A DNA stretch of 64,000 nucleotides from the human T2T-CHM13v2.0 reference genome, Homo sapiens, in assembly GCF_009914755.1 (NCBI RefSeq), contig NC_060933.1; one strand, 5' to 3'. Position 1 is the stretch's first letter. Each line of letters starts with the position of its first letter. Made by a program: the position numbers and the translations under genes. The notes under the pieces were generated by a model. It worked only from the letters and a program-made list of their open reading frames with translations. It searched no databases and was not told the DNA's origin. This document shows positions 25,390 to 40,074 of this stretch, one piece after another.

Positions 25390-27430
25390 TTTCTGGAGCA
25401 ACTGGATAGTCATACGGGGGAAGAAATGAACCTTGACCTTTACTTCACACCATTCACAAAACTTCATTTGAAATCAATCATAGACATAAATGCTTAAGCT
25501 AGAACTACGGAAAGTCTAGAAGAAAACACAGGAGAAAATCTTTGTGACCTCAGAATAGGCAAAAGTTTCTTAAGATGCAAAAAAGCATGAACCCTAAAGG
25601 AAATAAGTGCCAAATTGGACTTCACCAAAGTTTAAAACTTATGCTCTTCGGACAATACCATTAAGAAAATGAATGGGTAAGCAACAGATTGACAGACAAT
25701 AGTTGCAATGCATATATCTGATAAAGGACTTGTATCCATAATATGTAAAGAACTCTCACAATGCAATAAGAAGGCAGTCCCCGAAAATGTGGGAAAGATT
25801 TGAACAGATGCTTCACAAAGGAGTTTCACAAAAGATTTATAGATGTCCAAGAAGCACATGAAAATTGTTCAACGTCATTAGTCACTATGGAAAATCAAAT
25901 TAAAACCACAATGAGATTTCACCCTACACTCATTGGAATGTCTAAAATTTTAAAGACTGACAATACCAAGTGTTATGGAAGACATGTAGCAACTAGAACT
26001 CACATACATTGCTGATGAGAATGTAATATGGTACAATCCTTTGGAAAACAGCTACTGGTTTCTTATAAAGTTAAACATACACTTCCTTGTGACAATAGTT
26101 CAAGTCTTGAGTTTTGTATTTTCTTAGATTCTGCATTTGTCTATTTGACATCCGTTAATTTCAGGGCCAAACTAACAACCAAAGTTGTTTACATCTCCTC
26201 TGAGATCCAGAGCCTATACTCTGAACCACCTCCTTATCTAACTCACATACCAACCAATATTTCCCTGCCCTAAACCACCCAGGGCCATGTATCGGACAAC
26301 CAGAGACCACCCTCATAGCCCAGAGCCCACATATTTTTCAATCCTATGCTGTCTACCCACCCCTGCCCTGCCTTTCCCAAGGAAACTGTAATAGAGTCTC
26401 TGGCCTAGGCTCTCCCCTCACTCTTGCTTCTGCCTCCTGAAAAAACCTTGGTGCTTCCCCACATGACCCCAGCATGGAATGGTGTGACCTCTCCTCTTGG
26501 GAAATGTAAATAATAAAAATCTTCTTTCAAAGGCATTGGCCTCTATGTATTTTCACTCGGTCATCTACATAAATTAAGATGACTCGAATACATCTTGAGA
26601 CATGAGTGTTTACATAAAAGAAATAAAAATATACATCCATACAAAGACATGTACACAAATGCTCATAGAATCTTTATTCATAATAGCCCCACATTGAAAA
26701 TAACCCAAATATTCATCAATAAGTCAAAAGATAAACAAATTGAGGTACATCCATACAATGAAATACTACCCAGCAGTAAAAAGGAACAAAATACCCAAAA
26801 AATGCTAAGACATAGGATTATCTCAGAAACATTATACTAAGTGAAAGAGGCCAGACACAAAAGAGTACATGGTGTATGATTGGAATTCTAGAAAAGTCAT
26901 AGCTAATATATGGTGACAAAAATCATACCAGTTGTTGCCTGGAGCCTGGTGAGGTGCGGGGTTGATTGCAAGGGCATGAAGAAGCTTTGGGGAGTGGTGG
27001 GAATATTTTATATCTTGATTTTGTGATGGTAGTTACACAAGAGCATACATTTCTTAAGACTCATGGAACTGAATCTTAGAATGGGTACCTTTTTTTGTTT
27101 TTTGAAATGGAGTCTAGCTCTGTCACCCAGGCTGGAGTGCAGTGGCGTGATCTCAGCTCACTGCAAGCTCCGCCTCCTGGTTCCATTTTCCTGCCTCAGC
27201 CTCCTGAGTAGCTGGGACTACAGGCGCCCGCCACCACGCCCGGCTAATTTTTTGTATCTTTTAGTAGAGACGGGGTTTTACCGCGTTAGCCAGGATGGTC
27301 TCCAACTCCTGACGTCATGATCCTCCCCGCTCGGCCTCCCAAAGTGCGGGATTACAGGCGTGAGCCACCGTGCCCGGCCTAGAATGGGTACATTTTATTG
27401 TGTGCAAATTATACCTCAGTAAAGTCAATT
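25390..27430 (+). mobile_element. Old L1 (L1MB/ME) 3' region with a nested LTR-like insert (about 26088-26592) and an Alu
   Basis: Degenerate ORF2 C-terminus (MENQIKTTMRFHPT...) and 3'UTR. The insert has TG..CA ends and an AATAAA. Confidence 0.75.
27089..27380 (-). mobile_element. AluY-like
   Basis: CpG-rich, contains TGCAAGCTCCGCC; TSD AGAATGGGTAC on both sides. Confidence 0.93.
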
Positions 27431-27945
27431 TTTTTAAAAAAGAAGCAACTTCTTTCTTCAGTTCTCATTCTTATCTGAATTGTTATGTGTAATTTTTTAG
27501 CTGACTGAACTAGTAATTTTCTTTAGTTTATACACTGTCCCCACCCTAATTCTCATTTCAAATAGTTCTAAAATGTAGCCAAGTGCAAATAGATATAAAA
27601 ATGTGGTCAAGTGCAAAATAAGAGACGTAAATATAGCAGAGAAAGAAATATGGGTCAATTTTTGCAGAAAACCCATTACAGTATTTCTAAAAATTAACCA
27701 GAAAACTGTTAGCAGTAATATGAGTTCAGAAAAGTTAGAAAATAGAAATAAGTTCCCCAAAATCGATTGTATTCCCACATACCTACATATACATTCCTGT
27801 GTTCAACAAGCAACAACACAAACTAAGAACAAAAAAAAAAACAAGGAATACTATTGTATTCATAATAATTACAAATATCAAATAATTGAGAATAATCATA
27901 ATTCCAGACATGACAGATCAAGTCAAGAATAAAAGTATAAGACTG

Positions 27946-28127
27946 TTTTCTTTTTGTTTTCATTTATTTTTTTTTTAGAGACAGAATCTTGTTGCGTTGC
28001 CCAGCCTGGATGGAGTACAGTGGTACCATCACAGCTCACTGCAACCTTGAACTCCTGAGGCTCAAGCTATCCTCTGGCCTCAGCCTCCCTCAGCTAAGAC
28101 CACAGGCACACACACCACCATGCCTGG

Positions 28128-28213
<86 letters not shown>

Positions 28214-28225
28214 TTGGTAGAGTTA

Positions 28226-28261
<36 letters not shown>

Positions 28262-28378
28262 GTAGAGTTAGGGGTCTTGCTATATTGCCCAGGCTGGTCT
28301 CAAACTCCTGACCTCAAGCAATCCTCCCGCATGGACCTTCCCAAGTATGGATTACAGGTGTGAGCCACTGCATCCAAT
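27946..28378 (-). mobile_element. Alu (J-like) with STR-expanded middle linker
   Basis: Two Alu monomers separated by (GATA)n and (AT)n. Confidence 0.85.
28128..28258. repeat. Compound (GATA)n plus (AT)n microsatellite
   Basis: GATA run at 28128-28213 with one GAT interruption; AT run at 28229-28258. Confidence 0.95.
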
Positions 28379-28513
28379 CAAGACTAGTATAAGAGTATAA
28401 AGGAAAGCAGGGGGATTGGCTAGGGATTTGGGGAAAGAAATACAATAAAAGTGACCTTTATTCCTAAAGTAGAAGCTCTCAAATTGTAACAAACAAAAGA
28501 ACTTCTTTAATAT

Positions 28514-28844
<331 letters not shown>

Positions 28845-30199
28845 TTATTTAATATACATATTGCTGGGCTTTGTCCCCAAAGATTCAAATTCCACTATGT
28901 TTGAAGTAGGGCTGATAGGAAATCTGGCCTTATAAACACAGTTATTTGGTGTTTTAAATTATCCAAAAGACTCTGCTGAACACTGTAAATTGCTAGTGAA
29001 GAATAATGGAACAATACAAGGATCTTTTGAAGATCACAATGTCAGATTCTTCCTACCAGATTTGAACTTATATGCGGGGTAACAATTATTGAACTATACA
29101 CCATTGGATTTTTGTTTTGCAAATCATTCATATTCATGATACCAGAAAAATGAATCCAAACTGTAAGAATTTAATCCATATACATCAGACCAAAATTAAT
29201 AGCTTAAAGAAGGAATCATGTTTTAATAAATAGTGGAACAGCAACAACATTCAATTGAATGAAGGTTGCCTTTGATCCATAAATCACACCATATACTTCC
29301 ATAAACTTCAGCTGGATTAAACAACAAATGCTGTTATGATTACAAAAAGCTAAAAAAGAACACAATGACATATTTATACCAGCTGTAGAAGAGAGTGTGA
29401 TTCATTATTCTGGGAGAGAAAGAAGGTATCAGAATTAAAATAGATATGTTGAAACATACATTATACAAAACTCTGGAATAATATAACCTGATTAAACAAG
29501 AATCTAATTTTTCCCCAGTGGAGGTCCGTCACATCCCACAAGTAGTTAATTTGAGTTTCTTTAAAAATATAGCTATTCTAAATAACTTTTAATATGCAAG
29601 ACAGTGGACATACACGAATGTGTTCTGTTTTTCAATTTTTGACATGCTAGAAGCTACTACCACATTAACATGTGTCCTGTCGAATTGACTCACTTTTGAT
29701 TAGAACTTGGAATAATTATTTTCCTGCCATCTCTGTGCAATCTTCTTTAAATGTCCTTGATTCGAAAAAAGTGTGGCTCTGCACTTATCTTTTCTCTTTT
29801 CTCTGTTTATTACTAGAATAGATTCAGATGTGGAATGATCTTTCTTTAATCCAAGCCTATGCACATAGCTCATGTAAAATTATACAAAGAAGTACAAATA
29901 TGTGCTGTTCTCAATTAAGTGTTGGGCAAGGCTATGAATCATCTGCTTGGTGCATGTTCTTTTTATGGCATCATAGCCAATTGCACAATAACAAGAGAAC
30001 ATGTCACACAAAAATAATGTGCATTATAAATAGTATGAGGATTAACCACAAATTTTGGTTGCTACTACCTTATAAATAGCATCGAGATTAAACATAAGTC
30101 TTGGTTGCTACATCTTTGGTTCTTTTCAATGTGTGATAAGAAATTTGAGCAGCTGTCATATTAGTGAATCAGTTTTTTCAGATTTTTAACATCTAACAT

Positions 30200-30890
30200 T
30201 TTTTAAATTAATAAACTTTTTTAGCACACTCTGGTTCACACTTGAGTGGAAAGTACAGTGGGCTCCCACACATCCTCTGTCCTCACATATGCACAACCTC
30301 CCCCACTATCAACCAGAGTAGTACATTTGTCTCAATTGGTTAACCTACATCAACACATCATCACCCAAAATCCGTCATTTGCATTGGGGTTTACTCTTGG
30401 TGTATACATTACTCTATGGTGTACCCATAGAATACATTCTATGGGTTTTGACAAGTGTATAATGACATGTATCTACCATTGCAGTATCATGCAGATTAGT
30501 TTCACTGCCCTAAAAAATCCTCTGTGCTCTGCCTTTCATCCTTCCCTTCCCCCAACCCCAGGCAAACACTAATCATTTTACCGTCTTTATTGTTTTACCT
30601 TTTCCAGAATGTCATATATTTGTAATCATAAAGTATGGAGCCTTTTCAGATTGGCTTCTTTCACATAGTAGTATGCATTTAAAGTTCCTTCATGTCTTTT
30701 CATGACTTAATAGCTCATTTCTTTTTAGCACTGAATAATATTCCACAGTCTGGATGCACCAAAGTTGTTGTCTTTTTTTCCTCCATTCACCTACTAAAGG
30801 ACATCTTGGTTGCTTCCAAGTTTTGGCAATTAGGACTAAAGCTGCTATAAATATCCATGTGCAAGTTTTTATGTGGACATAAGTTTTCAT
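30200..30890 (-). mobile_element. Old L1 (L1MB/MC) 3' fragment
   Basis: ORF 30690-30890 reads KTCTWIFIAALVLIAKTWKQPRCP, like the L1 ORF2 C-terminus. Confidence 0.8.
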
Positions 30891-31155
30891 GAACCAATAT
30901 TTAAACAGAAATTTCTCAGTGCTTCATTTTCAGGATACCATCTTAATTTAAATAAAGAGTTGTGTGGGATTGCAAGTTAAGTTATTTCAAAAACGGTGAC
31001 CCTTGGCAAGGTACTCATCTCTATGAATCAGGATTTTCTCTATAGCAGGCAACAAAAAGAAAATGCGTTAAATAAATCGGAAGCTGGAACATGTGTGACT
31101 GCAACAGTCATCCATAATTCCAGAATTCAAGTTTTTATATTTATCAAAATCTTAC

Positions 31156-31217
31156 TCACTGTCTTTGAATTCTCATTCACTGTCTTTGAACTCTCATTCA
31201 CTGACTTTGAACTACAT
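31156..31217. repeat. 21-bp tandem repeat, about 3 copies
   Basis: TCACTGTCTTTGAA(T/C)TCTCAT units at 31156, 31177 and 31198. Confidence 0.9.
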
Positions 31218-32976
31218 AATTGCTATAAATTTGAACTTATAAAATAAGTGTAGCAATACAACACAACTTTTTTCTTGTTTATATAGCAGAACTCTAAGAT
31301 TTTTTTGGGAAAGGAATGATTCTATAGTTAAAAAATAAAAAATAATAGTTTTAAGTTCAAAAATTACTAAAATAAACTGCCAAAGAGAGTAAAGAATGGG
31401 GGGGTGGAAATTTTATATTCACAGGCTTACGTCTTTAGAGGGCTTATTGGAGGCTGGCAGGATATTGTACCAGCATCATAGGCTGAGGTCTCAATGCTGA
31501 ATTTCATAACGTGGGTGTTGGATGCCTAGGAGTAGGGCTTTTCTTCCTCCTCTTAGATCTTACTGTAGGCATCAGTGTGGATGTTAGATATGCCAATTCT
31601 GCTCCGAGGCACAGGGACCCTTCGTTCTCCAAGGCCTTACTCCCAGTTATTAAATTAACAGTGAACATGACACACTAGCAATTGGAAAATGTCTCTGGCT
31701 GGTAGTTGCTTTCAAGCAACCACTTCTAGAAGGGGTGATCAAATCTTCAATGGACAGTTAGTTGACTCTGCATATCCCCTTCCTGCCGAATGACTAAAAC
31801 TAAATCTCAGTAAGTTCAGTGGGATCTCAGTTTAGTCAAGGCCTCTCACAAACCCCTCCCCAGCTTTGAGAGGTCTATATAGAGCCAAAGCCAGCAACTG
31901 GGACTGGAGAAGAAGACAGGACATGTGGTCCTCAGTCATCATCATCAATCCCTGTTGACATCTGCATTCTCATCTGGTATCCATTTGTACAGATGATTCA
32001 AATAACAGATACAGCCTCCTCATTCCAATCTTGAGGTCGCTTCAGGCTCTCAGCTGTCTCCTACCTTGCATCTCTTGAGGGGCAAAAAAACATTTGGCTG
32101 CTCTTCTGTGTGGAGCATGAAACAGGACACATTTGCAGCCATTTCTACTCTATACCTACATCGTGTTAAGTGCAGATGAATTTTATGAGGTCTGTCATTT
32201 CCTGAGCTCCACACAGCAAGGAGAATCAGATCCCCTCTTATCTCGTAGTCTCAAGCCTTTCTGGGGATTCTATGTCCCACCCCACTGCATCAGAAGAAGG
32301 AGACCAGAGACGCCTTCTTTTCCTCCAGTGGCTCTCCTCCTTCCACATCAGAGTGAATCAAATTGCTGGGGACTGAGGGGGTAGGAGGGACTGTGTCTGA
32401 CTAATCATAGTATTCTTCCATGTCTGTTCTTCATACAAATATTTTATGCTCTCAGCTATAAAATAGACCACGTTCTGATATTTCAAAGGCTTTTTCTCTT
32501 TAAAGCCATTGTCTCTGCCTGAAATTTTAAGTGTATGTTTTTTAAAACCAAAAGCTAGGAGTTGTCCTCTTTGACTATTTTTCTACTCTAATGATCATCT
32601 CTGAAGATGTGAATGCCTTGCCCTCATGTTTTAGTTCTAATGAAGGAATTACTGGGAACAGAAAATACATTAATATTTCACAAAATTGTCCTACTGTACA
32701 CATATGAAATCAGATGCCATAAAGTCTTAGTTAACTAACTCAAAATGGACCTCTTCCTTATTAAGCTAGGTCAATTAATCATGATCAAATATGTTCAGGC
32801 TAAACAAAGTCAGAAAAAGTATTTCCATTAAAGATTGGCTTTAGAAATTTACTATGCAAAAGTTCTAAAAAACAATACTCCTATTTAATTAAAACTACTT
32901 AAACATCTGCCATATTCTTAATTTTAAAAGTTTCTCTTTCTGAAACAGATTCAGGCTCTGCTGCAGGAAGCAATTA

Positions 32977-33437
<461 letters not shown>

Positions 33438-35122
33438 TTATATATTAGAACCTATTAATATGGTAGAAGGTAATCATGGCTTTTGAAAATATAAAGTGTG
33501 AAAGGGGAGAAGAAGTTCAGAGGTGGGGTTGAGTTTTAATTTTAAGAAGGGCAATTAAGGAAGGCCGTTTGAGTTAAGACCTAAAAAAGAAAAGGGAGAG
33601 TGTACAACTATCTGGGAGAAATTAATTCCAAGCAGAAAGAACTCCAAGCACAGAGGTCCTGAGGCAGGAGTTACATGGAGCAGTTAGGGAAAGGCCCTGA
33701 GCAAGATTGGCTGGAGGTGATGGCTGGACACGACAGAAACAGTAGGAACTGAAGTCAGAGATAGAAGAAGAGGAGGAAAGGTGCAAGACCTTGAGAACCA
33801 TGGTTTTTTGGCTCAAAACAAAATCATTGGTGAGTAACATTCTTTAAAATATCGTACTCATCTCTAAGCATTAACCTTTTTTTAGAATGAAAGATAATTA
33901 CACTACTCTTACAGTGCTTAAAATTGCATATTGGGGCTGGGCATGGTGGCTCATGCCTGTAGTCTCAACAGCTTGAGAGGCCGAGGCGGGAGCATTGCTT
34001 GAGTCCAGGAGTTTGAGAACAGAATGGGAAACATAGCAAGACCACATCTCTACAAAAAATAAAATAAAATAATTAGCTGGGCATGATGGCATGCACCTGT
34101 AGTTCCAGCTATTCAGGCAGCTGAGGTGGGAGGATCACTGCAGGCCAGGAGTTCAAGGCTGCAGTGCCCCAGGACTGTGCCACTGCTCTCCATCCTGGGC
34201 AACAGAAGGACACCCTGTCTCAGGAAAAACATAATTACATTTGTGGTTCACTTTGGGCTCACACGTGTAATTTTAAGTTTTCTGATAGCTACATCTTAAA
34301 AAATAAAAAAAATAAGAGTAGATACATGTTATTACACCTTCGTCTAAACCCACAGAATGTACAACACCAAGAGTGAATCCTAATGTGAACTATGGACTTT
34401 GGTTGATGATGTGTCAATGTAGGCTCATCAATTGTAACAAATGTACCATTCTGGTGCAGGATGCTGACAGTGGGGGGAGGTTTACATATGTGGGGGCAGG
34501 GACTGTCTACCTTCTGTACTTTCCACTCAGTTTTGCTGTCAACTTAAAACGGCTCTAAAAAATAAGGTCTACTTTGCCTCAACCTCCTGCCTCAACCTCC
34601 TGAGTAGCTGGGACTATAGGCACGCGCCACCACACCTGGCTAATTTTTGTATTTTTAGTAGATACAGGGTTTCACCATGTTGGCCAGGCTAGTCTTGAAC
34701 TCCTGACCTCATGATCCACCCACCTTGGCCTTCCAAAGTGCTGGGATTACAGGCATGAGCCACCGCGCCCAGCCCCTGTCAAGAGTTTTAATGCTTTCCA
34801 GCAGCCACACATCAAATGATTGCCATCAGGATTAGACAACTTGAAGAACTTACCCCAACTGCCAAAGCCTACATGTGATTCTACATCCCAATGTAACTAC
34901 TTATTTTTTTTTTTCTTTTAATTGAGATGGGGGTCTGACAACGTTGCCTGGGCTGGCCTCAAACTCCTGGGCTGAAGTTATCCTCCCACCTTGGCCTCCC
35001 AAAGTGCTGGAATTACAGGCATGAGCAACTGCGCCCAGCCGCAACTGTTAATAATGATAGCATCATGACTCTTTGGCCCAGTGACTGTGTCAATAGTGGT
35101 ACTATTACTCTCAGAGGGGAAT

Positions 35123-35522
35123 TGTTAAAATAAATTAAAATGAAGACCAGGTCTGCAGAATTCCTGAGCAGATAGTCAATTTAGTCCTCATAAGTGACCT
35201 TAAACTTACTTGAGTTAATCTGAGCTATTTCTTGTAAATGCATATATTAAAGAAAAACAGAACAAGCTCAACCAATCAGAAGTAGTCCACAAACTTGTAT
35301 AACTAGAGGCTTTTTAGTGGGATAGACCAAATAAGGCAACTTTATAACTGTAACCAATCAAATATTTTCTTTTTATTACTTTCCCATTCACTCTGTAAAA
35401 ATCTGCTTCTTCGACAGAGCTGAGCCCCAGAACCACTTCTGGTTTGCAGCTTCTCAATTCATGAATCACCGCGTGCTGAAGTAAACTTTAAAATTTTATT
35501 GTGCCTCAGTTTACCTTGTACA
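35123..35522 (+). mobile_element. ERV solo LTR (MER57/LTR47-like) with two CCAAT boxes
   Basis: TGTTAAAATAAATTAAAATG start, CA end, AACCAATCA near 35270 and 35353. Confidence 0.65.
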
Positions 35523-36071
35523 CAGAAGCAACAGAGTCATCAGAGGAGATGTTTTAGATATTTTAACTTATTCATGTTTTCCTTTTGTAAACTCGAAAGA
35601 GAGGATAAATGTAAGAGCCCAAAAACATAAAAACCAACTTTAATATATGGATTTTGTTTAGAACTTGAAAAATTGTAAAAAGAAATCATGAGACAATAAG
35701 AAAAATGTAAATAATGACTGGATATTTAATAATATTAAGGAATTTTAAAAATGTTTTAAGTAATTTAGCCCCAGGTGTCTTCATGAGAATTTAAAACGGT
35801 GGTCATGCTTTTTCAAAAAAGGAGGAAAAAGGGTTTAATTCAGGAACACACAGAGAAAAAAAGAGACAATGAATTAGCTTTGCTAGCCAGTGGCTTAAAC
35901 ATTCTCCACGTAGCTGCTGGGCTGATGGGTGGGGTGGGACCCACTTCCAACTTGTCTCTTGGACAAAGTCTATACTTCTCAGCCGGATATTCAAGGCTTT
36001 CCACATCTAGGTATACAAGCGTTCTCCTATCCTCTTTTCCTATCAGGAATAGGTGCTTAATAGTAACATCA

Positions 36072-36437
<366 letters not shown>

Positions 36438-36779
36438 TCAGGGGGCCGTGTCTGCGGGAGGCCGAAGGATCCCGGGTGACATGCTTTCTTTGGGTGCGAG
36501 GCAGCGTCTCGGCAGAAAGAATATTGCGAGTATTACTGAGGGTACATGAAGGAGAGAAGCCCCTTTGGTTCGGCCTTGGACTAAGCCCTTGTTCTCAGGT
36601 GAACTTGCAGTGTGATCTTGAGTAAGGTCAGTCTCCTCTCTCACCTCAGTGGCCCGAAACCTCAGGAGGTGGCAGAGGTTTTCTAATGACTCTCCCAGCT
36701 CTGACATCCTCTGACTTCACTCTGGGAGAACGTGGGCTGGTGGACTCCTGGCAGAAGCCGACACACAGTTGGGCCATAA

Positions 36780-37570
36780 CAAAGAGCCCTGGTACGGGGC
36801 ACGTTCCCGCCCCCGGGAGGTTTTGGAAACACTGTGAGGCAGGGGGCGGGGCTTGAGCGGGCCGCAGCCAGTCACCAAAGGGCCGGGCGCTGGGGGCGGG
36901 GCCTCGCGCGAGCGGCGGCGGTAGCGGCGGCAGCGGCTGCGGCCAAGCTGGGTCCGAGCATCCCGCGGCTCTGGAGCCGCCCGGCCCGGACATGGCGACC
37001 GTCCGGGCCTCTCTGCGAGGTGCGCTGCTCCTTCTGCTGGCCGTGGCGGGGGTCGCGGAGGTGGCAGGGGGCCTGGCTCCGGGCAGTGCGGGTGAGTAAC
37101 CTCCAGAGCAACGGTTCGAAGCTGTCGGGAGCGGCCGCCACAGCGCTCCAAGATGGCGCGGGGCAGGGGGCGGGGGTGCGCGCGACCCCCAGACCCTGCC
37201 CACGTCCGGCGACCCCGGGACCCCAGGTCTCAGCGCTCCAGAGGCTGGTGCCGAGGCGGGGCGAGTGAGGAACTCTCTCCGCCCCAAGATCTTCTGGGCG
37301 GTGACTCGGGTTTGAGGCCTTGGTCTGTCACCCACCGACACGGGCCCCCTCTTCGGCACTGACCCCTTCGCTTGCCTCTGCTGCTTGTCAGAAAAGGGTG
37401 CGATGCCCCCGCCCAGGATCGTCGCGAGGTTTAGATGGGATTTCGGATACGCAGCCGCCCTACCGCGGCCCTAGTTAGTTATTGTTACTTGTTACTTGAC
37501 CCGCACTTGGTTCATAACGACCTTGGTGGCGGTGAGCACTGACGGTCCCCACAGCCCGCGTGGTGGGTCC
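36780..37570 (+). promoter_or_regulatory. RECK: RECK CpG-island, TATA-less promoter with GC boxes
   Basis: Dense CpG; GGGGCGGGG at 36843-36851 and 36893-36901; (GCG)n-rich 5'UTR at 36912-36943; YY1-like CAAGATGGCG at 37149-37158. Confidence 0.9.
36992..37091 (+). CDS. RECK: RECK coding exon 1 (signal peptide)
   Basis: GACATGG Kozak context; MATVRASLRGALLLLLAVAGVAEVAGGLAPGSA(G); donor G|GTGAGT; 100 nt, ends in phase 1. Confidence 0.97.
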
Positions 37571-38022
37571 TGGACTCGGGCAGGAGACATTAAAAATCAG
37601 TAAACCCTGTCCCCCGGGGGCTGGCAGGCTTGAGGAGAGAAATTCTTGCTCTACAAGAACTAAACCAAGGATGGATAGGAAACTGTTAAGTGCTTATTGA
37701 TTGCTTCCCGCTTGCTGGCCTTTTGAGTGCACGCCGACTCCTTCCGTCCAAAAGCTCTCTCGGTAGGAGATGGGGTACAGCAGGAGATTGAAGTAACTCG
37801 AATTCAAGGCAGAAATGTCCAGAGGAAATGAAGGGCCATGTATGAGTGCACAGAGGGAGAGAGGACATCGACCTAGGATGAGTGGAAAGTGGAGTGATTC
37901 CCCCTAGCTGTACTAGACATTGAAAGATGGCTAGGACGTGTGCATGCAAAAGTGGTGAAGTGCATTGCTTACAGGGAGACAGGCAGAGACACCTTAAAAA
38001 AAAAAAAAAAAAAAGCAAAGTC

Positions 38023-38295
38023 AGCCGGGTGCGGTAGGCTCTCCCCTGTAATCCCAGCACTTTGGGAGGTGGAGGCGGGCGGATCCCTTGAGCCCAGGAG
38101 TTCGAGGCCATCCTGCTTAACATAGTGAAACCCCGTTTCTACTAAAAATACAAAAATTAGCCGGGCATGGTGGTGTATGCCTGTTGTTCCAGCTACCCGC
38201 GAGGCTGAGATACGAGGATTGCTCGAGCCCCGGGAAGTTGAGGCTGCAGTGATATGCCACTGCCCTCGGAAGTGAGACCCTGTCTCAAAAAAAAA
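38023..38295 (+). mobile_element. Alu (J-like)
   Basis: Dimer with a short 3' deletion. Confidence 0.88.
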
Positions 38296-40074
38296 TCAAA
38301 GTCAGTTCCAACAGGGGTATTAACTATAGCTAGGTTTCAAATTTAGCTGTAAACTATCCCAAAGAATAAAAGAGAAAATGCTGTGTATTCTTGGCTAAAT
38401 CAGATTACTTTCCTGGGCCCCATTTTTCTCCCTGTTAAATTAAAAGAGATTGAACTGAAACACTTACAAAATTATGAAATACTAGTTGTCCATTCTCCTC
38501 CCACAACCAGTCAGTTCTGCAGGAGGTAGTACAGTGGAGTGGTTAAGAACATTGAGCAAATTACTTAGCTTTAATCTTTTTGTGCTCAAATAGCCACATT
38601 TATTATAAATGGTACCTCACAGATTTTATTATGAGAATCGAGGTAATACATGTCCAGCATTTAGCGTAGTAAGCAGTGAAATATTAGCTATTAAGTATGT
38701 TCGGGAAATACTGCAGATGGTACCCTGTCTTATAAATTCACAAAACACATTAGATTCACAATAAAGGGTCCAAGGATTCCTGTGGTAAAACAAACAAACA
38801 AACAACAAAAAAAAAAACAAGAAACTTTTTTGCTGGGGGAATGGCAGTGATTGCTAATGAGTATGAAGTTTCTTTTGGGAGTAATGAAAATGTTCTAAAA
38901 TTAGATAGTGGTGATGGCTACACAACTCTGTGAATATACTAAAAACAACTGAATTGTACATATTAAAAGGGTTAATTTCATGGTATACAAATTGTAGCTC
39001 AATAAAGTTGTTAAAGAAAGAAACTTGTTTGCTCATAAAATTCTTTTTTTCTTCATAACACCTAAAGCGCACTTCAGAAAATGCTGGGTTAGTTGATTTC
39101 TAAAGGCCCTTCTAAGCTCTAAAAGTTCATGACAACATATAGTTTGCATTGTTTGATAAAAAAAAAAAATTCCAAGTTTGATCTAAAAGTGAGACATGTT
39201 CCTTATACTAAATTCTAGGAAGCATGTATTGCCTGGTTCCTTACTAAAGGACATTGAGTAATATAATGGACAAAGGCTTCCACTGTGAATTGTAGAAAGT
39301 ATAGAAAATGCTTTTCAATCCTAAACAGAATTAAGAACACAATATAAAATTGTATTTCAGTGAAGGCTTTGCTTGTATTCCTGCTCAGTCTTCCTTCCCT
39401 TCTTAACCGCATCCAAGATTGGGTACTTCTGTCTGCTCTGGTATAAGGCTTTGCAGGTTATTGACCCCCTCTATTATACAACTTTGCAAATCTTATTACC
39501 TTGATTATTCCTATTCCTGGGGGATGGAGGTGTGAAAGTGAAATGACTTGCTCAATGGTTTTCTCTTTGGAGGATGAGAAGGGACCCTATCCTGCAGTAT
39601 CAGCATCGTGTGTCATGGCACCTGATAATGGCTCCGTTTTTATTTAAGTTGCTTTGTAATAGTACAAAAGAGGGAAGGATATAACCTTAAGGGCCAGGTT
39701 TCAGTAAGTTGACATTTAAGGAATTAGGTAATAGTAAACCTAGAATCCAGAAGAAGAAAGTAATGAATTTTAAGTTAGAAAAAGCAAACGCCTATCTGGA
39801 GCAAAGTAATAAGAAGCAGATTCTCTTACCAAAGAAGTATCTTGGCCCACACTGTAGAAAGAGCTAGGATTGGTGATAGACCAGATATGACAGTTTATTC
39901 TGGTATGCAGCTGAAAGTTTCTGTCTGGCATCCATAAATTTAAGCAATCTTTCATTAATAATACTTTTCACTGTGTGCCACTTGTAGAAGAAAATGGGAA
40001 GAGGTCAAGGAGGTTATTTTTATATATTATAAATGTGGTTTTTAAAAGAACAAAAGAGATATTATGAGGTTTGT

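Noticed and set aside
31156-31217. 21-bp repeats (and the 64-bp pair at 8922) as a CRISPR-like array
   Set aside because: Head-to-tail copies with no unique spacers, only 2-3 units, no cas genes, eukaryotic context.
36646-37359. 237-aa minus-strand ORF and other 89-144 aa ORFs across the RECK CpG island
   Set aside because: Pro/Ala/Arg-rich low-complexity translations are expected in stop-poor GC-rich DNA; no recognisable domain.
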